Positions 1 to 11,272 of a stretch of 64,000 nucleotides of DNA are shown piece by piece (the first letter of the stretch is position 1; each line of letters begins with the position of its first letter). Both the position numbers and the translations under genes were made by a program. The notes under the pieces were generated by a model. The model was not told the DNA's origin. It did not search any database and worked only from the letters and a program-made list of their open reading frames with translations. Origin of the DNA: Cystobasidiomycetes sp. EMM_F5. Its lineage: Eukaryota. The stretch spans positions 248,001-312,000 of the forward strand of contig JBPGPT010000001.1 in NCBI GenBank assembly GCA_051047955.1. Direction: 5' to 3'.

Positions 1-1069
1 CGTTAGCACGAGTGTACCAGTTAACACTTGAATCGATGCGTCAGAGCATGCCTGAAAGATTGATGATGGACCGTCCTACCGTTCCACACCGATATTCAGC
101 ATATGCTGGCGCCATTCAAGCAATTTCCATATCGTAACTTCGTCCATTTCAAAGTTTATCGGCGAGACGCATACAGCAAACTCGGAGCGCTCATTCATCG
201 GCGGAGTAATTGTGACTGGCAAATTCTTCTTGATGGCCACGACGGTCGTATTTTCGGCTTCATTTGGGAATGTGTCTACATGCACTCCTCCGCCATCAAA
301 CCGAATGTCCATTTTGATGTGACGAATCTCGTGCACTATGTGCAGCAGCTCTGGTGGCACTTGACATTCAACTTGAAAAGGGAAAGAATGACCCGTGTAC
401 CGATCTCCTGCAATATGAACGGCGGCGAGGCTGGTCTTAGCCGATAGTAGGGGCTTGCATTGGGGCGACCCAATATTCTGCTCACCAGGATGAAGTCCCC
501 AGGTGTGTATTCTCGTCGGCATGCGGATCAACGTTTCATTGGCATTCCTGGCGAACGGGTCGTGGAAGATACATTCTGCATTCACAAAGTCATAGGTCTT
601 CATCGGTCGCTCCCCAAATACCTGAATTGAGAGAATATGAGTGCTCAGAAATGCATGCCCGTCGGTCGCCCAGCTTGAGACCCACGATGTTCATGAATAA
701 CAGGGTATGAATAATGTATCCTTGCAATTCGCCTTCCATATCTTGCCAGGTGTGATTTGAATGGTTTAAGATGCTGCGCAGTACGCGAACTTTGTACGCG
801 GGACTGAGTATCTCCATGTCCATCTGTTCTGCCGTTTCCTCCCATGCTGTGGGCGAGACTGGCACGTCTCGAGTGTATTCTGATAATGTTGCGTCTTTTG
901 CAGTCTCTACGAATGGATGCCCAGACTGAGGATGCCGCACGACGTAGTGTGAACATAGATGCATCGCTGCGACGCCCAACGCAACGAGTATCATCACTCT
1001 TGTCCAAATTCTGCTTGAACTCAATACTGGCATCAACGAGAACTGGCCTCTAGATTGCTGCCGTGTCAT
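1..1069 (-). CDS. Type II membrane protein, putative glycosyltransferase (GT92/DUF23-like); 3' end runs off the window
   Basis: ORFs 590-1108 and 76-603 join through an intron (FMNI|VFGERP). N-terminal TM helix (VMILVALGVAAMHL). 'FAVCVSP...LLEWRQHMLNIGV' resembles the GT92 N-terminal motif. Start approximate. Confidence 0.5.
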
Positions 1070-1716
1070 ATCAATTGCTCTAGCCATTGGTGCCGGTCGG
1101 CCCTGCATCTTTTGCTGGAAGGATGCCAGTTTGCGAGTAAACGCGGTACCGTAAGATGCACCAAGCTCTTCACGCGATATTCCAACTCCTGCCAGACGGT
1201 GTACGGCAACTTCGGGATCGCACCCAAGTACAGCAGCTGTCAGACATGTCAGGCGTGCACATCAGTACCGGATGGCCATTCCGTTATCATCAGATAGGCG
1301 AAGGTCAAGCTCAAGGTCGCGGTTCAGGCACAATACAATAAAAAGACAATGACCGCAGAATAGCGCTTTCGCGTTGAAGATGATCACAGCTAGAAACACA
1401 GCTTTAGTAGAGAATTACGTCTACTGCACACTTGCCGTAACTGCATACTGAAGTACCCGGCGCGATGGCGCACCATGGCATCGATATCCTGTATTCGCTA
1501 CTATTCGGGTCAGAACAAGCTCTGTATCAGGTCAAGGTATTCTTCACGGATTTTTTGTGTAACAATGAGCTGCGAATAAGCTGCGTACCGCGTTTGAAAA
1601 GTTCATCATCCGCGGGTGCGGCGTTTTGCCGGACAGAGCGCAACTTCACTGCATCTTTTGCCGGATGAGTACGTTGTCATCTAACCATCCCTCAATCATA
1701 TACAAATAATACTATC

Positions 1717-2753
1717 ATGGCAGAACTACTACAGAAGGGTGCGCTCGTGTTGACTTTGTTGCAACCCGCGGCCGTCAATTTTCCAGAAGCTGACGCCATT
1801 CTGTTGCACGGGAATCGCGCAAACAGCTCAAGCTGCCGTTGGCCTAGGTGTCGGTACGTGATAATCCATACTAGTTCATGGATCTCCCAGCTGAAGCCTT
1901 ATCCTCGGTAGTCCCACCCACCGTTGGCGCGAAATTGCAGACTGGTGTACTGCTAAAAGAGTGAGCAGGCTATCGTCCTCCACCTGTCAATACCCGAGCG
2001 CTTATTGATCATTATTTGTACCAATAGGCACTCTGTGTAGGTTGAGAGCTTTCGAAGCCATCCGGACGCTATAATAACAGTGGCGGTATTGGCTCACCAA
2101 TCTAGCACGGACGCAAATGTGTCCCTCGATAACCTCGAAGGAAAGAACATCATCGTTGGTGTTCCCGGCGCTTTCACCCCTACCTGTAGCAACCAAATAC
2201 CTGGTTACATCAAGGACGCAGACGACTTCATCGCTAAGGGTGTCAAGGTGAACTGAGTTCTATCGTACTCAAGATGGCCCTTCTGAGCTTGTTGTCCTTT
2301 GTAGGCCATCTATGTGGTGACCGTTAACGACCAGTTCGTAACCGAAGTGAGAGGGAAATCGTGCGCATCTCGCAAGTGCTTTACTGACAATTCGCGACAG
2401 GCCTGGAAGGACAAGCTTGGAGCTAGTGGTAATGGCAAGATCCACTTCCTGGCCGACGACGCTGGCAAATTCACAGCTGCCATCGGCATGGGTTTCGAGG
2501 CTACGCCAATCCTCGGTAGCATCCGCTCGCACCGTAAGCTCCTATTCCCGATCTTCGTGCAGTACTAAATGTTCAAACCCGCTCAGGATACACCATGCTC
2601 GTCGAGGATGGCATTGTCAAACTCATTGAGCAGGAGCCAAACAACAGCAAAGTGTAAGTTGCTTTTATTTCTCATTCGTCCGCCGAAGACTGGATCTGAC
2701 ACACATTTTTCAGCACCGTCACTAAGTCCGATGCAATTCTCTCCAAGCTATAA
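1717..2753 (+). CDS. Peroxisomal type II peroxiredoxin (Prx5/Pmp20/Ahp1 family)
   Basis: Spliced exons give IIVGVPGAFTPTCS (peroxidatic Cys), TVNDQFV, FLADDAGKFT, and a C-terminal SKL (PTS1) before TAA at 2751-2753. Confidence 0.92.
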
Positions 2754-3035
2754 GCTACTGATTGCTAGTGACACGTAAAGCATAGAGAATGAAAAAAGTG
2801 GTAATCGGCGTGGCTTAACACGGTACATCAGCATACTAGACTCGGTTGTGGGCGATAGATCATGTCAATAGCATCCAATCCAAACACATCTTCACCAGCA
2901 AAGATTATTGCTGGATTCGCGCGACCAGGTCTGCCATTGACCATGTCCATTATTTGCACGTGTTTCACCTGAAGAGCTGTTCGGCTAAAAAAAATCTTGC
3001 TCAGGGCTTGCAAGTGTCCAACAGCTGAGTATACG

Positions 3036-3518
3036 ATGCCCATCTCCAAAGTGCGTACCACAGGCATATAACGCGCAAGCGTTAATCTTACTTACACGCC
3101 GGAACACCTTTTGCCTGGCTATCACACAACGAAACAACTAAAAATTGTGACCCAAACAAACTCAACAGAAGGACCGACGGAATCGGGAACATAAAGCCGC
3201 GGAGGCTGCTGGCACGAGGGTGGCTCTGACTGCGAGCGGAGCCCCTGTCAAGGCCGCCAAGGAGAAGATTCAATGCAAGGCCGGTGAACGTTATCCAGTC
3301 GAGTCGTGAAACTGGCGCCTAACGATGTTCTTGATTGGTTTCGTCTGCCAACAGATATGCAAAATCGAGATTGAGAAGGAGAAGAAGCTATTCCTCACCC
3401 AACACGCCGAGGCGAAGCATCCCAAGGTCAATTGGCTATATTTTCCGAAAGATGATTTGCAAAGCCCTAATAAGTTCCCAACGTACAGAACACATATGCA
3501 GAATGCTTCTCTGCATAA
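3036..3518 (+). CDS. Small zinc-binding protein (about 75 aa; CxxC...H...KHPK...ECF)
   Basis: Four exons give MPISKKDRRNREHK...QCKICKIEIEKEKKLFLTQHAEAKHPKNTYAECFSA*. Confidence 0.75.
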
Positions 3519-3865
3519 GCTGGTCCGCGCATACCAACCTCAACCAACGTCGTTCTTTTCCATCGCATGTATCGCAGTAGAGACCTCGTTCGGCCGGCCG
3601 TGTTGTTGCTTCATCTAGAATAACGTCTCACCCAAACAGCACACCCTATCAAAGTGTACTAGGCGAAGCTCCTTCCCAAGAAGCGATAGAGCAGACGATA
3701 AATGTGACAGCATTGATTACTGATCCTTATCACGCATGAGGAAATAGCTGCTGATTCGGTCTTCCCCCACCCACGTTCTTTGTTACTCTACAGAACGTCG
3801 CTCCTGCTCTTCTTGTGCAGGGCAGAATATAGTCGCTGTGTCTTTCACCGCTTTGGCTTTTTATG

Positions 3866-5490
3866 CTATCGTTGCTGGACGCGATTGAAGACGCGCTGCC
3901 ACATCTGGCTATTCATGCGATTCAACGAGTCTTCGTATGCTTTCCACTCCTCTTCCGATGAATGTACTGCAGCGTTCTGGCCGTCCGCATGCCTTAGATT
4001 CTCAATAGCCTGTAGGGCGTCCTCTCCTGCCGGCTGAGCGATCAGAGCAGGACCTGCGACATAGTCGTAAGAGGCTCTGTAGCTGTCTGGCATCACTATT
4101 GGGACCCTCGCCATGATGGCTGCCGGTATACTTGAGGAAGCGCGAATTGTCAGGTAGGAGCTGGACTCCTCACCATGACCGGGCTTGAAAGCTGGCAGCA
4201 AGGCGTCCTAGTAAGGTCGTTGCCAACATCAGGTATCAAAGTTGATAAGTGAGATGCGTATGGGCTTACCATAGTGCTCAGGGTGTTATAGAATTTGCCA
4301 AAGTCGAGGTTAGGATGTACACGGACAATGTTGCCAAGAGCAGGAGGAACAGAGGGCATATGTGCAAGCTGTGAATGTCCCATAAGATGGAGCTGTATTG
4401 GCGGTGCAGATGTAGATCCTTTGGACGAAGATGACTGCAGAAGAGGGTATGTGGATCCTGGCTCTGCAGGCTGCAAGCCCCATGCTGGAGGTTTCTTTGT
4501 GACCAGCTCCAGCAAACGTGAGAAAGTGCGTGGATAATCACGTCGAGTGTTGCTTATCTGCCCTTGAATGACGAGACGTGTAGGGACTGATGTCACGTAG
4601 TTATCCGGCCGCCGCACTCGCGGGACTGGCAGGATGGGTACGAAAATTTCACTTATAGCTTTCCAATTCGTCTGAATCGCCTCTGATGCGATGGACTCGG
4701 CAAGATATTCGCTGACGTGGTGCGCGAGCGTTAATAGAGTCAATCTGCCTTGCGCGCCGAGCTCATGCACGAGTTGAACGCATTTGGCATTCACGCGTGT
4801 CCCTGACTTGCCGGGCTCGAATATAGTCCAGTCTTCAGCGTGGTGGACCAGTAGAACTACGTGAAGGCGCCTGCGTGAGCGCAGCTCCGTCGTCAGACGA
4901 AACAGATCAAAGTCTGCCGAAGTGAGTACGAGTACGTCTGTGAAGCAGTATTTCCTCTAAGTTTCGTATGGATGATACCGATAGGAATTGCACTCACCTA
5001 GATCTCGCAGCCAGCGATCCAAACGTCCCGTCTTGTGAAATGTAGCGTTGACGCCAAGCGGCAGAAGCACATCGTCGTAGTAGTTGTAGCGCATCTGGTT
5101 TCTGAAGAAGAATGGTTTGATGGCGGAGGATTCGCCGGCTTCAGTCATGAGAGAGTATACAACTGCGCCGAAGACTTCCTCGTGGAAGGATGTTGCGTCC
5201 GCTACGCCCACACGCAACCTGCCATCAGACAACGCCAAAGGTTGGTGGAAGGGAAGAGGAACGTGCTGCATCGCTACCACGGCCATATCGACAGCGTACC
5301 CTTTGATGCGAGATAGTTGCCTACCGGACGAATCGATGAGCATTCGCGAGCGAGACGAGCCGTATCGAAATGATCTCCCGAGCATAGACTCGTCATGAGT
5401 AGCTACGAGCGAGATGCAAGCTAGTAAGACAAACCCTGTACCTGCCGTCAGGACTAAGCGACAAAGGTGGCTCGTGCGGAGATGCATCAT
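3866..5490 (-). CDS. Membrane-anchored putative glycosyltransferase (GT-B/GT4-like), uncharacterised
   Basis: Three exons with an N-terminal TM segment. Motifs FHEEVFGA, VIQGQISNTRRDY, LPAF and RASSSIPAA resemble basidiomycete GT-like proteins. Confidence 0.55.
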
Positions 5491-5991
5491 GTTTCGGAGA
5501 CAGGAGGTCAGCTGCCACAGGTTTCAGCACATTTGCAAGAACGGTGAGTTCACTTTATTAGCCTTCAGAACAAGACGGCCTGCGGATTAAGACCATCAAG
5601 ACTTTTCGGTGGGCGCGGCAGGGTTCCGAGACTGGTCCACCCAAACCACAGCAAAGGGCCCGAAGTATGCAGCATAGCCGGACCCAAGTGCGTTTTCATT
5701 ATGCGCTACGCTGCACATGGACATCCTCCATCCAACGAAGCATTAAATGGGTTTGGCGATGCTGTTATCTTCTTGCGTTTGAGAATCCAGAACAGCATGT
5801 AAGCCAGCAGGAATATCAGCTAACGCGGACTGGCACTCGACTAGCCATCAGCGTTGTGCAGCTTCAGAGCCCTTGAGGCTATATACTCGTCATCTGCAAT
5901 TCTTTGCCATTTGACCGCGTAGCATTCGAATTCGAGGTTGGAAGTCCGCTAACCCTTCGCTGGACTTTCGCAGAGCACGGCACCATCAAGG

Positions 5992-8075
5992 ATGAGTTGT
6001 GAGTTGAACAGCTGCAGCACAACGAGCACCCCGACATGAGCTGATGGTTGGCTTACGCTGTCGCAGTCCGATGTGAGTTTCTCGAGCGCGAAGCCTGGGC
6101 GTGGTGCTGCCATTCCAGGCGGTTTTCTGGCTTGCAAGAAGGTCGCAAAAGCAGTAGCAAAAACAGGACTGACACTTGATAAACAGTCCTGCACTTGGTG
6201 CGGCCATTCGTAAACTTCCTTCCAGAAGTCCAGGCTGCAGACCGCAAGGTGAGCTGGAATTTGGGTTGGGAGAGCTGGACAGCGGCGTGGAAGTCGGCCT
6301 ATCAAAGACAGAGCCAGAATGGCCCTGTTACGCACCTTGATGACATAAATGAAATGCTGAAGTGTCTCACTGTGCGCTGCTGCAGGTTCCCTTTACGCAA
6401 AAGGTACAGACCGCCGACACGACAACAAGGTATACACAGTCGAGCTACGCTGATGCTCGTCTTGCAGGTCGGATGGACCGCAGTCACGCTCCTCATCTTC
6501 CTAGTATGCAGTCAAATACCGCTCTTTGGTATCGTCTCGTCAGATTCGTCTGGTATGTGGCAGGACTTACACGTATGTCTGAAAGTAGCTAAGCGCGGAA
6601 TTGCTCTTTGTGCAGATCCTCTATACTGGATGCGTGTCATTCTCGCATCTAACAGAGGTACTTTGATGGAATTGGGTATTTCGCCAATTGTTACATCGTA
6701 GGCCGGAGTTTCTACGTTCAGACCGTCGGCATACGTTAACGTAATATGCTTATATGCTTGCTTGTCTATAGCGGCATGATTATGCAATTGCTGGCAGGTG
6801 CCAACCTCATTGAGGTCGACTTTAGCCTGAAGGAAGACCGAACCCTGTTCAGCGCGGCACAAAAACGTAGGTCCCGGTTACGTTCTCGCCATCTCGAAGC
6901 ACAACAAAGCTGAACCCTTATTTCCCCTACAGTCTTCGCTATTCTGATCGCGTTTGGACAGGCTACAGTATACGTCTTGACTGGTCTGTACGGTCAGCCA
7001 TCCGACCTCGGTGCAGGTATCTGTCTCCTGCTGGTACTGCAACTGGTTGTCGCCGGTCTTCTGGTCATCTTGCTCGACGAGCTACTGCAGAAGGGATATG
7101 GTCTCGGCTCTGGAATCTCTCTCTTCATCGCGACCAACATCTGCGAGTCGATTGTATGGAAGGCACTGTCGCCAACGACCATCAATACTGGTCGAGGACC
7201 AGAGTTTGAGGGGGCTTTGATTGCCCTCTTCCACCTGCTCTTCACCCGACACGACAAATCGCGCGCTCTCAAGGAGGCATTCTACCGTGATCGTCTACCA
7301 AACATTACCAATCTCCTGGCGACAGTTGTCATTTTTGCCGTCGTCATCTATCTGCAAGGTTTCCGTATCGAAATCCCCGTCAAGAGCAACAAGTACCGCG
7401 GTCAGAGAGGAACCTTCCCCGTCAAGCTCTTCTATACCTCCAATATGCCAATCATGCTCGAGTCGGCTTTGACTTCCAACGTCTTTATCCTTTCCCAGAT
7501 GCTGTTTAACCGCTTCCCCGATAATCTTCTCGTCCGTCTCCTCGGTGTATGGGAGCCATTGACAGACTCGCAGCAGCTCGGTGCAATCAGCGGTATCGCA
7601 TATTACATGTCGCCCCCACACACCATCAAGGAAGCATTGATTGACCCCATCCATACTGCTGTGTACATCACTTTCATGCTCACTGCCTGCGCTCTCTTCT
7701 CCAAAACCTGGATTGAAGTCTCCGGCTCCGGTCCTCGCGATGTCGCACGTCAGCTCAAGGATCAGCAAATGGTCATGGCCGGACACCGCGAAGGCAGCAT
7801 GTACAAGGAGCTCAAGCGCGTCATTCCTACTGCAGCCGCATTTGGAGGCGCTACTATCGGTGCACTTTCAGTGCTAGCAGATATGATGGGCGCACTTGGA
7901 TCAGGTACAGGTATCCTCCTCGCCGTCACCACCATGTACAGCTACTTTGGTAGGTCTGGCCTACCGCTATCAGTCGAGCCACTGTTGCTAATGCTTGACG
8001 TATACAGAAATGGCTGTACGAGAACAACAAACCGGTGGAAGTCCAGAATTGGCTGCCTTAGGCGACCTTTTCTAA
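5992..8075 (+). CDS. SEC61: Protein translocon subunit Sec61 alpha
   Basis: MSFRFLHLVRPF..., [48 protein letters not shown]. Confidence 0.98.
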
Positions 8076-8739
8076 TCGGTCTAGCAGGAAGAGGCGACTG
8101 GGCGATATCGGCGAAGCACCAGATTCCTCACGCTCCAGCTCCTTTGGCATCCTTGCAAAGCAATGCCTAAGTCCCTCACTGCTGACTACCGCCGACTAGC
8201 GGGAAGACGAAAGAAAAAATCAATTGGTCAAATGTGCATTGGTCATAGCTGCTTGATTGGCCTTAACCGTTGTCAACAGCAGCATACCCGGCATCCAAGA
8301 ACCCGTGCGAATCAAAGGATAAAAGGAGGGCTTTTCAGTAAATTTGGTTTCGCCAGAATGGTTTCGTTAGATCAGCAGAATCCGCATCGGTCCAATGCTT
8401 CACAGCTGACGGATCACAGACTAACGGCTCTGCTCAATGTCCTTCTGCACGTTGCGCAGAGGGAAATTGCGAGGGGCGAACCTATATGCGGCCGGTTCTC
8501 CAGCTGCTGAAACTAGATCTCGCTGGGTGAGGATCAGAAATACATGCTGGTTTCATCGCATGCAGCATATGCAGGCCTTGCGGATCAAGTCCACGCCTTC
8601 ACATTGTGCTTCCCGCTTCATTGCGTATAGCCGGAGTCTGTGACTGTTTGTAGGTATTTGATTATATACTGTCGGGTATTTTATTACAACAATTTCCTTG
8701 ATTACGGGTGGCCTGCTACAACACTCACCAACTCCATGA

Positions 8740-11077
8740 TTACCTTATGGCAGCGACTGTGTGGCGGTTCTTGTGTCTGAACATCTCGCTTCGCAAGTCT
8801 TGAGCAACGTTTGCTTCACGGCCATGCAGAGCAGCGTGCTTTAGGTCGCCCAAGGTGGATCTACGTGGAAGGCTTCGACTTAGACTGGAACCCGTATTGC
8901 TTGATGCTGGTCGTGAAGCTTGAAGATGACGAACGGCAGGAGTGTCGACACTTTTGTAAGCATCCACCTCAGACTGCAATGTTTCTTTCTGCCTGAGTGC
9001 TGATGCGAGGTCCGCCTGCGTTGTTATCAGTTTCTGCGTGGACCGCATTAGCCTCGTTATGACTGAGTGGAAATGTCGAACTAGTTACCCGCTTAGCATC
9101 GGCCAACTCGTTGCGCAGACGTTCAAGGTGGCGAATCTTTTGGTTGGGATTGCTGTGACCGGCTAGTTCCGCATTCAAGCGAGCCAATTGGTTAGCATCC
9201 TCTTCGGCCAAGCTGGACGTTCGCATGAGGCGGTCGATAATCTTTTGCAGTTCCTCGTGCCGATCTTGAAGCAGGTGGTAGTCTGTGAGATCATCTTGCA
9301 GCGATTGAACTTCGTCATGCAGAGCGGCCTCAGCATCGCTTGCTGTGGCTAGAGCTTTGGCCGTCTCTTGCAAGCGGTACTGTTCATTTGCAAGCTCATT
9401 CTGAGCAGCAGTCAAGGAGTTCTTCGTTCTAGTCAAGTCCCGCTCGAGGGTAGTATTGGCCTCGAATAGCGTGGCTTGTTCTTCTGCTGCATGACGCAAA
9501 TGCGTGTCTTTGGTCGCGCATTCCTCAGTCGCCTTCTCGAAATCTGATCTGACTGAGTTCAGACGCAGCGTTAGAGCCACCCGATCTTCCGCTAGATGGT
9601 CTAAACTCGATTGTAGTCGCTTGTTCTCGGCTTGGTACATATCGGCTTCTCTGCTGTGGAGCACAATGGAATCTCTGTGAAAGCGATCCTCTTCGCATTG
9701 GAAGGCCAAGTCTTCTCGCGTCATGATGTTGCTGAGCGTCGCTTCTTGTAACCATTCGCGATGAGCCTCATTCTGCGATCTTCTCGCAGCTTCCGCTTGC
9801 TTCAGCTCCAGGATGTAATGATTGTTCAGCTCATCAAGATCGTCGATGCGGTCTTGCTGAGCTTGCGCGGATTCTTGAAGCATGACAATCATTTCTACCA
9901 GTTGGCTAATCTGATCCTGAGCTTGTAGCTGCTTTCTCTCCGCACGCAGGCGAGCGTACTGCGCTTGCAGCAGAAGCTCGGTATCCGCATCTCGCTGCCT
10001 TTGGCTTGCTTCCTGCTGAGCAGTCAAAGCGAGAGAAGCTGTTGATCCGATACTGTGAAGCTGTCGCGTGCACGTCTGCTGGAGTTCGGTGTAGGCATGT
10101 GCCGCCTCTTGTAGTTGTCGTTGCACATCTTCTAGTTGCGCAGTCGTTTCTGCGTTGGTCGCTTGCGCTTGCACAAGCTGCTGGTCAATCTCTCCCTTTT
10201 GGGACCGTAATTTACCAAGCTCGTCTCCTAGTCTGCCAACTTCTCTGGTTTTTGCCAGATTCTCCGCCCGTAGCCGTTCTTCAACAGCTATACTAGCAGC
10301 GAGCTTGTCTTGGCTCTGTTTATTGACAGCTTTGAGATCGTTTGTATTTTTCGTATACCTCGCTTTAGAATTGGCGTGTTCAGTTACGAGAGCATCAAAT
10401 TGGGTGCGCAGAGTGGGTATAGATCCTAATTGGGTGCGGATCTTGTCCAGCTGTTGTTGACTACAATATCAGCCTGAAATTTTGTACATTATAAAGCCAG
10501 CTTTCTACCTCGGCTTGAAGTATGGCTTCCCTGGCTGCGGAGAGCTCTGCGGGAACCAAGAATGAGTAGCCACGCACGAGAATCACAGGATAGAGGGTAC
10601 CCACTTGCATCCTTGCGTGCTTGAGCTGCACCCTTGGCGGCATCTTCCAATTCCGATATCCGCTTCGACTGGCGTGCCGCTTCTTGCTCCGCGCGCTGCA
10701 GCTGAGCGTTACCAGATACGGCCCGTTTACGTCGTATACCGTCTTTTACGAGCGGGTCCCCGACATCTACAGTGCCGTACAGACCAAAGGTTTCTGTATT
10801 GTTTGTTTATCGGATTCGCGTGCGCCCCAAGACGAGAAGCGGATAAAATGAAAGGAGGCAGCCAACGACACCGCGAGCATCACGGTCAGCCCTAAACTAC
10901 CATAATATCAGACACCAGCCCACCTGCGCCTTCGTTGACTGCGCCCTTGAATCTCGGCTCCCTCTCGAGAAACGCGCCCCTCTTGAAGCGGTTCTCTGCC
11001 TCATGCGGGTTGTACGATGCAGGGCCAGGGACGCCATTGTCGCGCTGCTCCTGGAAGCGAGGTGCGCGCAGAAACAT
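8740..11077 (-). CDS. HMMR/RHAMM-like coiled-coil protein
   Basis: N-terminal PRF...PGPASY motif, long coiled coil, C-terminal LAGHSNPNQKIRHL (HMMR_C signature). Confidence 0.75.
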
Positions 11078-11272
11078 GGCTTCGGGGTTGTGCAGGGCTG
11101 GGGTGGGTGTAAACAAGAGTGGTCACAGTGATCGAGGATGTCGAGACTCTAGCCGGACACTGACCGCTGATGTGACGCTGACTGACAAGTCTGGCTGCCA
11201 GGAGATGCAGAGGATGCCTTGCAAGATATCATGACAGTCATGATGCCCTGAAATATTTCATTCAGCAAACTG

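Noticed and set aside
6339..6361. TGATGA...CTGA box C/D-like pair in a SEC61 intron
   Set aside because: Spacing is far too short for a snoRNA, and the CTGA overlaps the probable branch site.
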